DNA of 64,000 bases from an uncultured Gammaproteobacteria bacterium (GCA_964549165.1 CAZJUH010000001.1:74566-138565), one strand, 5' to 3'. Shown: positions 36,981 through 46,466, counted from the first letter of the stretch. Notes: a model not told the origin generated them from the letters alone. Numbers and translations: made by a program.

Positions 36981-38459
36981 TCATTTTGAGTTTTTATATT
37001 CTTTTTGCCAAATTGGGTCTAAGGTTTTAGCTAATTTTTTATCATAATCGATCATTCCCTCTTTATATTTTTGATCTTTTAATGCCTGTCTGGCAGTTTC
37101 ATCAATCGGCTGAGGTTTGTCTTGATCAATAAATTTCCTCATTTCTTCATAATGATCTCTGATAGGACAAGGTAGAATCCAATTACCCATATTTTCCGCT
37201 TTTTGTTTTAGAACGTAATCATCCTGCCATTTTCTAATTTTTTCAAGAAAAGGTAAGTTTAAAACGTCGTTTAAACTTCCACCTTTTTTATAAATTTCAT
37301 TAATATTAGCCACCGCATAAGGATTAAAGACGCAGGGGGTTACATTACCGTTCCATTCAATGTATAAATATCCGCCTTCTTTACCGGCCGAAATACAACC
37401 ATTGGTAACTGAACCACAATTCCAAAAATCAGCCATAAAGATCTTCTTTTTTTTAATTAATTGCTGGTTTTTCCTAAACATAGTTAATCTTTGTTCCGGA
37501 GTGACCAATAAATCCAAAGAATCAGCTCTCCCGATTGGCATTAATTGAAAAATCCAACCATAAACTGCTCCCTGTTTATTAAAATAAAAGTCCACAAATT
37601 CATCACTTAATATCAATTCAGCATTATTTTTAGTTGCGGTAACAGAAATACCAAAAGGTACCCCGGCCTCCCTTAAATTTTTCATCGCTTCTAAAATTTT
37701 CTTATGAATTCCTTTACCACGTCTGGCATCAGTTTCTTTTTCAAAACCTTCCACTGAAATGGCCGGAGTAATATTACCAACCTCAGCTAATTTTTTAGCC
37801 ATTTTTTTATCGATTAAAGTACTGTTGGTATACATCAGGAAAAAATTGTCCTGATGTTCTTTAGCCAAATCTATGATAGTTTTCCCCTGGCTCTCATAAA
37901 GTAAAGGTTCACCCCCAGAGATAACTGTAAAATAAGAACCCCATAATTTAGTTTTTTCTGTCACTATTTTATCCAAAACCTCCCAATCTAATTTTTCTGA
38001 AGAGGCTGAATTACTGTTGGCATAACAACCAGTACATTGTAAATTACAAAATTTCCCCGGACTAATAGTCAAAAAGGACGGTGGATTTCTCCCAAATTCT
38101 TTATGGAATTTCTCTTTCTGGATTTTTGATTTTAAAAAAATGTTTTGAATTAAAGAATTAATTAATGCTTTACGTACCATTGGAGCATTTTTGGCCCCTT
38201 CAAAAGCTTTATTCATTGCCGCAATAAAACTTCTCGACATGTAATATTTATCTTCTTGAACCTTTCGGGGGTAATTTTTATTTTCTAAAAGACCTTGATG
38301 AATTTTTTTATCCGCTAATCTGATTAGGTTTTTCCTAACAAGATGATTAGAAACCAATAGCTCCAACGGTTTACCCGTATATTTAGTAAATATTTCCTCC
38401 CACGAACTTTTTAGCTGATTTGTTTTCGACATAACTTCTCCTTTAAATTTTCTAATCAT
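36981..38459 (-). CDS. radical SAM/SPASM-domain protein with ~120-aa N-terminal extension
   Basis: CNLQCTGC CxxxCxxC motif, C-terminal Cys-rich SPASM-like region (CGSVTNGCISAG...CVF...CPIRDH). Confidence 0.8.
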   Translation of the reverse strand: MIRKFKGEVMSKTNQLKSSWEEIFTKYTGKPLELLVSNHLVRKNLIRLADKKIHQGLLENKNYPRKVQEDKYYMSRSFIAAMNKAFEGAKNAPMVRKALINSLIQNIFLKSKIQKEKFHKEFGRNPPSFLTISPGKFCNLQCTGCYANSNSASSEKLDWEVLDKIVTEKTKLWGSYFTVISGGEPLLYESQGKTIIDLAKEHQDNFFLMYTNSTLIDKKMAKKLAEVGNITPAISVEGFEKETDARRGKGIHKKILEAMKNLREAGVPFGISVTATKNNAELILSDEFVDFYFNKQGAVYGWIFQLMPIGRADSLDLLVTPEQRLTMFRKNQQLIKKKKIFMADFWNCGSVTNGCISAGKEGGYLYIEWNGNVTPCVFNPYAVANINEIYKKGGSLNDVLNLPFLEKIRKWQDDYVLKQKAENMGNWILPCPIRDHYEEMRKFIDQDKPQPIDETARQALKDQKYKEGMIDYDKKLAKTLDPIWQKEYKNSK

Positions 38460-39046
38460 TGGAATAATAAGGTAATAATTTGATCAGACACTTTGCCTGA
38501 ATTCATTCTTTTATCAAGAAATGAATATTCCAAAAGTAATCCATCCATCATACTGGTAAGTAGTGAGGTTAATAGCTTGCTATCAATTTTTTTAGTCAAT
38601 TTTTTACTGATCGATACCTCCTCAATTATTGGCTGGATTAAACTAATAACCTGTTCTCTTAACTGAATAATATGTCTGGTTATTTGAGGGTCGGATGAAG
38701 ATAACTTAAACACAAAAGCTTTAACTAAATTTTTCTCCTTAAAACCAAAATCTAAGTAATTTTTGATTAGCCGATATAACTTTTTATCGACTGTTGTTTC
38801 GTTTAAAGTCGCTTTGATTGCTAAACTTAAATCATCAAAAACACCTTCGAGTACCTGTTCGTAAATTTCCGCCTTGCCAGTAAAATGATAATAAAGTGCA
38901 GCTTTAGTAATATTTAGTTTTTTAGCAATATCGCTCATGGAAACACCTAAATAACTATATTCTGAGAAAAACCCACGGGCGGTATCGATAATATATTTTT
39001 TAGTATTTTGAACTACTCCTTTGGATTGGGTTGTGGTTGCTTGCAT
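38456..39046 (-). CDS. TetR/AcrR-family transcriptional regulator
   Basis: N-terminal HTH YLGVSMSDIAKKLNITKAALYYHF. Confidence 0.8.
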   Translation of the reverse strand: MQATTTQSKGVVQNTKKYIIDTARGFFSEYSYLGVSMSDIAKKLNITKAALYYHFTGKAEIYEQVLEGVFDDLSLAIKATLNETTVDKKLYRLIKNYLDFGFKEKNLVKAFVFKLSSSDPQITRHIIQLREQVISLIQPIIEEVSISKKLTKKIDSKLLTSLLTSMMDGLLLEYSFLDKRMNSGKVSDQIITLLFQ

Positions 39047-39174
39047 CGTTTTTAATATTCTATTTTTTACTTACCGCTCGGTAAGTTATTGATAGGTTAT
39101 CAGAAGGGCAAATGCATGTCAAATATTTTTAATGTTTATTCTCTGGGCTGGATATTTGTAAACAAATCTATTTT

Positions 39175-39660
39175 GTGAGATATTTATTTATGAAACTACC
39201 CAAATCCTGGACCACAGTTACCACCCTCTCAAAAATTATAGCCCTGGCCATGTTTGTCGGCCTACCCTTTATCGGCTTTTATTTTGGTTATCAGTACGGC
39301 ATTAAATCAGCGACAATTAGTAATTCAAATGTAAAACCAACTGTCGTAGAAGAAACACCAATCCAGCAAAAAGTAGAAAAAGCTCCGGAAACTGTGAAAG
39401 ACGCAGTTTCTAAAATTCTAATTAATAAATATAATTTGGAAAAAGATAAAGTATCTGTTCAGGTAAATAAGCAGGTGGGTGATTTTGCCACTGGATCGGT
39501 GGGATTTGGGGAAGAAATGGGGGGCGGTGGCTGGCTGGCAAGAAAAGTGGGGGGAAAATGGGAAGTGGTCTGGGATGCTAACGGCTCAGTTGATTGTCAA
39601 AAATTGAGGACAGAATATAAGTTCCCGGATGAAATCCTAAAGCCCAGCTTTTGTGATTAA
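39175..39660 (+). CDS. hypothetical secreted protein
   Basis: N-terminal TM/signal; Gly-rich segment. Confidence 0.35.
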   Translation: MRYLFMKLPKSWTTVTTLSKIIALAMFVGLPFIGFYFGYQYGIKSATISNSNVKPTVVEETPIQQKVEKAPETVKDAVSKILINKYNLEKDKVSVQVNKQVGDFATGSVGFGEEMGGGGWLARKVGGKWEVVWDANGSVDCQKLRTEYKFPDEILKPSFCD

Positions 39661-39669
39661 AAAAGAGGA

Positions 39670-39909
39670 CTAACTTTTTCTCGTTTTAATTTGCACTCCC
39701 GCCAGTCGATCAGCCAATTCTCCCAATTTATGGCCATCTTTTATGCTACTTGATCTAAGTAAAAGACCATAAAACATCAAAGCTTCATTACATTTTTTAT
39801 GAAGAGATAGAGAATCATCGTATTCGCCTGGCTCAGAAATTATTATTTTTTCCCTTCTATCAGTTCTCTTGCAATAACCACACTCAGTTACTTCTTTTTT
39901 CATTGTCAT
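39670..39909 (-). CDS. small hypothetical protein, tandem paralog 1
   Basis: 79 aa; shares an (E/S)PG(D/E)..L..(H/K)(E/K)C..A...(F/Y)..LLRS...KLA..LA...I.TRK pattern with the adjacent 64-aa ORF. Confidence 0.4.
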   Translation of the reverse strand: MTMKKEVTECGYCKRTDRREKIIISEPGEYDDSLSLHKKCNEALMFYGLLLRSSSIKDGHKLGELADRLAGVQIKTRKS

Positions 39910-39912
39910 ATT

Positions 39913-40107
39913 TTATTTTCTCGTTTCAATATCAATTTTTGCCAATTTATTAGCCAGTTTTATCATTTGCTCCGTGTTCTTATCGGTTTCCATTGATCTC
40001 AAAATTGCAAAATAATTAAAAGCTTTTAAGCATTCTTCATGAAAAGGCTTTAGATTTTCTAAATCATCCCCAGGTGAAGCATAAACTTTTTTTCTCTCGT
40101 CTACCAT
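39913..40107 (-). CDS. small hypothetical protein, tandem paralog 2
   Basis: 64 aa; paralogous to 39670-39909. Confidence 0.4.
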   Translation of the reverse strand: MVDERKKVYASPGDDLENLKPFHEECLKAFNYFAILRSMETDKNTEQMIKLANKLAKIDIETRK

Positions 40108-40279
40108 CCCACACCATTCGCATCGAACAGCTTTGTTATTTATATTGTCTTGTTCTATTGTTATTCTTTATTTTACCTCTTCCTTTCTATATTTTCTCCT
40201 CGATCCGTCGTACCCACCCCTTGCTAGTTTTTTTTGAAAGAAAAAGCCCGTTTCTGTTGTATATATACTATATATAGTT

Positions 40280-40852
40280 ATGATCGATCGGCAATGTCAA
40301 AATTTGGACGACGGGGAGCTCGTTGCGCTTTCTCTTAAGGACAGTCAATATTTTTACTGTCTCATGCGCCGTTACGAAGAAAAGCTTAGCCGCTATCTTC
40401 GGCGTTTTACCTATCTTGGTGATGATGATATTGCCGACATTGTCCAGGAATCATTTATTCGTGTTTATCAGCATCTAAATGATTTTGATTCAGAGTTAAA
40501 ATTTAGTTCCTGGATCTATCGCATTGTCCACAATCAGGCTCTTAATTTTATTAAAAAAAATAAGCAATCACTAAAAATTGAGATGACTGACTCTGATGAC
40601 AATTTTATTGATTGGCTGGTCGCTGATACCAATATTGAAAAAGAAACCCTTATCAAAGAACAAGATGAACACATTTCCTCTCTTTTATCTCAGCTAAAAC
40701 CGGATTATAAAGAAGTTTTAGTCTTAAAATTTTTTGAAGACAAGGATTATCAAGAAATCAGCGATATTTTACAAAAGCCCATGGGGACCGTCGCTACCCT
40801 TATTTCTCGGGCTAAGATACAATTTAAAAAAATCTATGAAAAAGAAAAATAG
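40280..40852 (+). CDS. ECF-subfamily RNA polymerase sigma-70 factor
   Basis: region 2 (DIVQESFIRVYQHLNDFD) and region 4 HTH (YQEISDILQKPMGTVATLISRAK). Confidence 0.85.
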   Translation: MIDRQCQNLDDGELVALSLKDSQYFYCLMRRYEEKLSRYLRRFTYLGDDDIADIVQESFIRVYQHLNDFDSELKFSSWIYRIVHNQALNFIKKNKQSLKIEMTDSDDNFIDWLVADTNIEKETLIKEQDEHISSLLSQLKPDYKEVLVLKFFEDKDYQEISDILQKPMGTVATLISRAKIQFKKIYEKEK

Positions 40853-41513
40853 TATCAGTGACATCACTTTAAAATTAATCAAAAAAAAGCATCTAAAACC
40901 TATTCCTAGGTGGGAATTTATCGCCAAAAACTGGGGCCTTTGGACCGGTCTTATTCTCTGTTTAATTCTTTTGGTTATTGGCTTTGGCCTCTCCATTTTT
41001 GGAGTCATTGACAATATTATTGTCCCTTATTTATGGCTTTTTATTGCTATTATCTTTTTTGTTCTATCCTATCTTCTTTTTCAAAAAACCAAGCATGGCT
41101 ATCACTTTCCTCGTTGGCAGGTCATCATTGTCATGATCGCCTTGGCTTTTATTTTTGGCACCGCCTTTTTCAAAGTTGGTTTTGCTCGTCGGCTCGATTC
41201 TAGTTTGGAAAACAAAATTCCCCGCTACCGTGAAGTGGTTCCCATGAAGCTTCAAACTTGGTCTCGTCCGGAGCAGGGCTATCTCTCCGGTACTATTACT
41301 AAAATAGTTGACGATTCAAATTTTGAAATTAGGGATTTTTCTGGGAAAAAATGGCAAATAAGTGGCAATAATATAATCATAAAAGGTCGTCTGACACTTA
41401 AGGTCGGCACTGAAATAAAATTAGTTGGCTCTCAGAGCGGTAAAGATACTTTTACTGTTTCTGAAATCCGCCCCTGGACGGGCATGGGTCAAAACTTGAT
41501 GAAAGAAAATTAA
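40839..41513 (+). CDS. putative membrane-anchored anti-sigma factor / sigma-associated membrane protein
   Basis: immediately downstream of and overlapping the ECF sigma gene; N-terminal cytoplasmic segment then 3 TM helices; start taken at ATG 40839. Confidence 0.45.
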   Translation, partial: KKKNSISDITLKLIKKKHLKPIPRWEFIAKNWGLWTGLILCLILLVIGFGLSIFGVIDNIIVPYLWLFIAIIFFVLSYLLFQKTKHGYHFPRWQVIIVMIALAFIFGTAFFKVGFARRLDSSLENKIPRYREVVPMKLQTWSRPEQGYLSGTITKIVDDSNFEIRDFSGKKWQISGNNIIIKGRLTLKVGTEIKLVGSQSGKDTFTVSEIRPWTGMGQNLMKEN

Positions 41514-41573
41514 CAGCCGCCTTGTATTACTAATAGACTGCGCAAGTCTTTTAATCATTTATTTCAAAAAAAT

Positions 41574-41936
41574 ATGACAACTAAAATTGTTCTCGGAATT
41601 GCGGCTTTAGCCCTCGGGCTAGTAGCTGTTAAATCTTTTACTCCAGTACTCGCTTATCGTGGTGATGCCACCGTCAAAGGTCCAAATTATACCGAGGAAC
41701 GACACACTATAAATACTACCGCCTTTCAAAAAGGGGACTACAAAGCCTGGGCTGCTAATATGGCTGGTCGAGGTGCGACAAGATTCGTTAACCAGTCTAA
41801 TTTTAAAGAATTTGCCGAGGCTCAACTAGCTTCACAAAAAGGTGATAATACCCTAATTAATGCTTTCCGTGCTAAATATGGCATGGGTCAAGGCAACGGT
41901 CAAGGTCGTGGCATGGGCATGCACGCCAATCAGTAA
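41574..41936 (+). CDS. hypothetical secreted protein with Gly-rich C-terminus
   Basis: signal peptide; GMGQGNGQGRGMGMH tail. Confidence 0.4.
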   Translation: MTTKIVLGIAALALGLVAVKSFTPVLAYRGDATVKGPNYTEERHTINTTAFQKGDYKAWAANMAGRGATRFVNQSNFKEFAEAQLASQKGDNTLINAFRAKYGMGQGNGQGRGMGMHANQ

Positions 41937-41956
41937 TTATCAAAATTACCTAATTA

Positions 41957-41990
41957 ATACCCGCCTCTTCGGCGGGTATTTTTATTTTCG
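41957..41990 (+). terminator. rho-independent terminator
   Basis: acccgcctcttcggcgggt hairpin followed by a T-run. Confidence 0.55.
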
Positions 41991-42566
41991 GCTAAATAGT
42001 CGAGTAAACCAACCAAAAAGACCATTAACCTTCTTTTCGTTGTTCAATTCGTTTTCTAAAGAAGTATTTTGCTTGATCATCGATGCAATTGTTAATTGAA
42101 GTTGATCTTTTTCTGCCTGATTTAAGGCTTGAGTCTTAAGTTTTTCTAAATTATCAATCAATAATTTGTTCTCATTGCTCATATATTCCAAGGCCTCAAT
42201 CTTCTTTTTGTCACTTCCCACGAAAAGTCTAACTAATTGACCTCTGTTTTTTAGTTCATAGTATGTTGACTTAATTTTTTCTTGATTTTTTTCCTGGTTT
42301 TGGGAAATTTCTCGAACTTGGGCTCCAATTCCACCCTCATCTTTAAAATCCAGTTTCAGCTGTTTAACCTGATCCGAAACTCTATTCATATTTTTACTTA
42401 CCCCCTCATCGACTTGCTCGATTTCCTCATTTTGAACCTGATTTTGATTCTTAATCTGATTTCCGTTAGCGCTTTTTGCTATTACCGGAAAAGAGATAAA
42501 TAAAAACAAAAACGACAGTATTAGATATTTCTTCATATTATTCAATTTAACTATTAATCTACTCAA
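41982..42566 (-). CDS. secreted coiled-coil protein
   Basis: signal peptide, Q/E/K-rich heptad-like sequence. Confidence 0.4.
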   Translation of the reverse strand: MSRLIVKLNNMKKYLILSFLFLFISFPVIAKSANGNQIKNQNQVQNEEIEQVDEGVSKNMNRVSDQVKQLKLDFKDEGGIGAQVREISQNQEKNQEKIKSTYYELKNRGQLVRLFVGSDKKKIEALEYMSNENKLLIDNLEKLKTQALNQAEKDQLQLTIASMIKQNTSLENELNNEKKVNGLFGWFTRLFSRK

Positions 42567-42649
42567 CTACAAATCTAATCTAATCATAACACTTTTACAA
42601 TTAAATTATCTTCTTGACACCCCCAGGGGGTGTAATATAAGCTTATTAA

Positions 42650-42889
42650 GTGAAAACGAATCAGCAACGCTTAAACAATGTTATCGGCCAGCTCAAAGGG
42701 ATCAAAAAAATGATGGATTCAAAAGCCGATTGTCTTAAAATTTTAACTCAATTAAAAGCCACTAGATCGGCTCTTTCTTCTGTCACGGATTCCGTGGTGG
42801 AAGACAAGTTCAACACCTGTCTTAAGAGTCTCAATAAAGATGATAAAAAATTATTTATTAATCTAAAAAAATATGTCAAATCCAATTAA
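42650..42889 (+). CDS. CsoR/RcnR/FrmR-family metal-sensing transcriptional repressor
   Basis: RLNNVIGQLKGIKKMMDSKADCLKILTQLKATRSALSSV closely follows the DUF156 pattern (RL.RIEGQ.RG...M.E....C.DIL.Q..A...AL..V). Confidence 0.65.
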   Translation: MKTNQQRLNNVIGQLKGIKKMMDSKADCLKILTQLKATRSALSSVTDSVVEDKFNTCLKSLNKDDKKLFINLKKYVKSN

Positions 42890-43208
42890 TGTCACCGGTC
42901 AGGAAAATTTTTTGACCGAAGTTATTAAATCTGGTCTCCCTGTTCTCGTCGACTTTTGGGCTGCTTGGTGCGGTCCTTGTCAAATGATGGCTCCAGTTCT
43001 CTCTGAGCTCGCCGATAAATTTGACGGGAAATTAAAAGTAGTTAAAGTTGATACGGAGGAGCCTCAAAATCAACAACTGGCTATGAATTACCAAATCCAG
43101 AGTATTCCCAACATAAAATTATTTATCAAAGGGGAGCTCGTCAAAGATTTCATCGGCTATCGTCCCACTGACACTTTCGCCACTGAATTAAAAGAATTTT
43201 TAGATTAA
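42873..43208 (+). CDS. trxA: thioredoxin
   Basis: WCGPC active site, thioredoxin length and fold pattern. Confidence 0.9.
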   Translation: MSNPINVTGQENFLTEVIKSGLPVLVDFWAAWCGPCQMMAPVLSELADKFDGKLKVVKVDTEEPQNQQLAMNYQIQSIPNIKLFIKGELVKDFIGYRPTDTFATELKEFLD

Positions 43209-43237
43209 ATTAAGGTAAAATACGGGTACATCATCAA

Positions 43238-43311
43238 GTACCCGTAGCTCAATTGGATAGAGCATCGGCCTCCGAAGCTGAAGGTTGGAGGTTCAAATCC
43301 TCTCGGGTATA
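43238..43311 (+). tRNA. tRNA-Arg (anticodon CCG)
   Basis: manual fold: acceptor GTACCCG/CGGGTAT (G-U), anticodon stem TCGGC/GCTGA, loop CTCCGAA, T-arm GGAGG-TTCAAAT-CCTCT. Confidence 0.75.
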
Positions 43312-43396
43312 CCCAGTTCGACTTGCCAAGCCGTAGTTTTCAACGAAGGCTGGTTCCCGCCGGGCATACCCTCTATTTCATGCGTTATAATATCTT

Positions 43397-43909
43397 ATGA
43401 ATAAAAAGCCTGAAACACAGGATAATCTTTATTTTGACGAACGCTCTGCCGGTGGTATCGTTTATCGCCTTATCGATAACCAAATTTACTGGCTCGTTAT
43501 CAAAACTTTATCCAAAAAAAAGATCAATCGTCGCGGTCACAAAATCCGCCATACTATTTATAAGTTCCCTAAGGGTCACTTAAATTCCGGTGAAGTATTA
43601 AAACAAGCTGCCATGCGCGAGGTCGAGGAAGAGGGTCGAATCAAAGCTAAAATTATCGATAAAATTGGCTCCAAAGATTATATTATCTGGGATGAAGTTC
43701 AGAATAAAAAAATTATCAAAAAAGTCACTTTTTTTCTGATGGAGTACGAGGGTGAAAGCAATCTAAAATATTACGATACTGAAACTGTCATTGGTCGGGA
43801 GTGGTACAAGCTTGAGGATTCTCTCAAAAAATTGGCCTACGATTTTGAGAGGACTCTTCTCAAAAAAGCTAATTTTAAACTAAAAGCTTTATTAAAATCC
43901 CAAAAATAG
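43397..43909 (+). CDS. NUDIX hydrolase
   Basis: Nudix box GHLNSGEVLKQAAMREVEEEGRI. Confidence 0.8.
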   Translation: MNKKPETQDNLYFDERSAGGIVYRLIDNQIYWLVIKTLSKKKINRRGHKIRHTIYKFPKGHLNSGEVLKQAAMREVEEEGRIKAKIIDKIGSKDYIIWDEVQNKKIIKKVTFFLMEYEGESNLKYYDTETVIGREWYKLEDSLKKLAYDFERTLLKKANFKLKALLKSQK

Positions 43910-44071
43910 ATAAAATACTTTGCCTCGTGAAGTTATTTGGGTATTGCTCGTATTTTTTTAATGGAGGGCAAGCCCTCCGTAGCTTTAGCAGGGAGGGGTC
44001 GGACTATGCCCGTCCGTAGTCCTGAGTTTATCGAAGGACGAAGGCGGGTAGTGGTTTTTATTTAACAATTT

Positions 44072-44155
44072 GGAGGGGTCGGATAGTGGTTCATTCCACA
44101 CGCTTGGAAAGCGTGCGTCCGAAAGGACTCGCGGGTTCAAATCCCGCCCCCTCCG
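44072..44155 (+). tRNA. tRNA-Ser (anticodon GGA), type II
   Basis: acceptor GGAGGGG/CCCCTCC, anticodon stem CACGC/GCGTG with loop TTGGAAA, variable arm CGTCCGAAAGGACTC, T-arm GCGGG-TTCAAAT-CCCGC. Confidence 0.7.
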
Positions 44156-44375
44156 CTTGTAGTTTTTTCAAAGTTTTAGGAAAAATAATTTTAATAGTTA
44201 TTTTTTTGGTATTTTTTTTACATTTTGACATTATGTTTTCCCGAGCCTTTTTTTAAAAATAAAATTAAAAAATCAATAATCTATCGAGCATTTTACGAAC
44301 ACATAAACAAAAAACATTTTGGGGGTGGTTGGAAATAATTGTATTTATCGGACTTAATTGCTACAATAAGCCTCA

Positions 44376-45344
44376 ATGATTGGTCTTATTGAGGCTTGTC
44401 AACACAGTAGTGCCACTGTCCTAGATGTGGCTCGAAATCCAACCCATTTTTTAAAGGCACCCCACTCCAGTACAAAAACTGAATTAGTTCTTCAAACTGC
44501 CTCCCGTATCGCTTTTCCCGACATAAATAAAGAATCTTGCTCTGAAAAATTTAGATTAATTTCCAATCTAATTTTTTCTGCCAACGAATACTGGGATATT
44601 GGTCTTCGAGCCAAAGAAGAGCTTTACAAAAACAAAGCTCATAAATTTGTTGCTCTCAATACCATTTTCAGTGAAACAAAAGCCTCCTTAAACAATTCTT
44701 TAAATGAATTTAATTTAAAATATCCTCACTTAACCGATTTAGCCACCACTTTTATTCATGATGGGGAGGTCTTGGCCAGTAATAGTAAAGATTTTTCTGG
44801 TGTTCATTACCGTGAAATTGACAGTGGGATTACGGCTCTTTTTACTTTTGAATCTTTTTGTCAAAATGATTATTTTGAAAATCTGGGCATCGACTCGAGT
44901 AAAAAATGTCAGATGAGCCAGGATTTACTTGATAAATATAAATATTTTTTAGTCAACGATATCGATATTGGTAAATTGGATAAAAAATTAAAGAAAATTG
45001 TTGGATTGCAGGCCATCGAAATGATGGTCGCCTGTCAGGACGATCGCTGGGGGATCACCGAAGATTCAATTTTAAAAATCCCAAACACCATGGATAAAGG
45101 TCTCGATGAAAACAAAAAACTTTTCGATTCTTATAAAAATAAGGCCGTTAAATGTGGTTTTTCACCCCTTATTCCTGAGGTGCTATCTCGTCTTTCATCT
45201 CTTCACCGTATCAAATCAAATCGAATAAAAAATCTCAACACTATTGAAATTAATCACATTCAAAGACATCGCAATTTTAATAAAATCCATTATCTTCGTG
45301 AATGGCTCAATGAGTCTTCTCTCCTTTCTCAGCTTTTTTCCTAA
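44376..45344 (+). CDS. hypothetical protein
   Basis: 322-aa ORF, no recognisable motifs. Confidence 0.35.
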   Translation: MIGLIEACQHSSATVLDVARNPTHFLKAPHSSTKTELVLQTASRIAFPDINKESCSEKFRLISNLIFSANEYWDIGLRAKEELYKNKAHKFVALNTIFSETKASLNNSLNEFNLKYPHLTDLATTFIHDGEVLASNSKDFSGVHYREIDSGITALFTFESFCQNDYFENLGIDSSKKCQMSQDLLDKYKYFLVNDIDIGKLDKKLKKIVGLQAIEMMVACQDDRWGITEDSILKIPNTMDKGLDENKKLFDSYKNKAVKCGFSPLIPEVLSRLSSLHRIKSNRIKNLNTIEINHIQRHRNFNKIHYLREWLNESSLLSQLFS

Positions 45345-45348
45345 AACA

Positions 45349-45702
45349 TCATTGTTTTGGCAAATTTCTGTACTCTATCATTTGTCCAATTTTTTCCGCA
45401 TCTTTAATTCCATAGTTCATTCCCTCTGAAATTCCTCTATCGGTATATATAACTGTTGCTTCTGCTGTCGGTCTCCAGGTAAAACCTGCTTCAATTCCTT
45501 GCATTCTTTCACCAAAATCAGCATTATTCAATATTCCTTCTTGGGTATATAGTAAATGACTAGCAAAAGGAGCTTCATTGTGTCTCACAATACAGTCTCT
45601 GAGACATGCCCTTGCATATCTAACATTTTCTTCTTGTTCTTCGGGGGTTTTCCCTTTAAAAGGGGATTCAACTATAACTAGTCTTCGTTTAATTTCTGTC
45701 AT
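45349..45702 (-). CDS. hypothetical protein (GC-richer ORF; possibly DUF4406/nucleoside-deoxyribosyltransferase-like; weak)
   Basis: 117 aa; LVIVESPFKG...IYTDRGIS pattern; local composition differs from the neighbouring genes. Confidence 0.3.
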   Translation of the reverse strand: MTEIKRRLVIVESPFKGKTPEEQEENVRYARACLRDCIVRHNEAPFASHLLYTQEGILNNADFGERMQGIEAGFTWRPTAEATVIYTDRGISEGMNYGIKDAEKIGQMIEYRNLPKQ

Positions 45703-45766
45703 AGATTAACTTATAACAAAACACACATCAAAGTACAATAAGTATTAATTATTAAACTTTTTATTC

Positions 45767-46276
45767 TCAGCTTTTTTCTTGATCTTCTCCGTTAAACCAA
45801 TCAGAGACGATATCTACCCAGGTTCTAAAGTGTCTTGGCTTAGCTTTTGGTTTTTTGTCTTCGGGATGATTCAACAGATAGTTACTTTCTTTTTCTTTTG
45901 CTAGATTAAACAGATATTCATCGGTACTCCAGTCTCCAACTCTTGTTCTATGGGTTTCAGAAGAATGTTCGTATTCTTTAAAAGAGTTTTTATTTTTTGG
46001 GTATTCTTTTAGTTTCCAAGAAAGTTCTGGATAAAGAGAAGACTGTTTTCCATAAATATTTGTCCCCGTCAGCTCCATAAAATGATGTCGACAAATCGGT
46101 ACTCCTACCGAGCCTCTTCCCTCAATTTCTATTTTAGTCACATATAAATTATCTTTATTGCAGTTTCGATAAAAACCTTTATTTTCTGAATAAAAAGTTT
46201 TTTGACAACTAGCATTAGCCTCATCACCACTCCAAACTTTCAGCCACCACTGTCTTAAATTTTCTGAAAAAGCCAT
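45767..46276 (-). CDS. hypothetical protein
   Basis: 169-aa ORF; Cys/His-containing middle (CRHHFMEL). Confidence 0.3.
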   Translation of the reverse strand: MAFSENLRQWWLKVWSGDEANASCQKTFYSENKGFYRNCNKDNLYVTKIEIEGRGSVGVPICRHHFMELTGTNIYGKQSSLYPELSWKLKEYPKNKNSFKEYEHSSETHRTRVGDWSTDEYLFNLAKEKESNYLLNHPEDKKPKAKPRHFRTWVDIVSDWFNGEDQEKS

Positions 46277-46466
46277 AGTGAAGTATTTTACCTCATTTAT
46301 CGATTTATTTCCCTGTCCTTTAGCTAGTTTTTGTTTTGCTTATTTTAGTTAAGATATTTATAATTAATTATGAAAAATTTAAGAGGCAATAAAACCTTCC
46401 GACTGGTTTTAATCGGAATTCTAATTCTCCTGGTCACTTATATGTTGTACTCCTTATATTAAAAAT

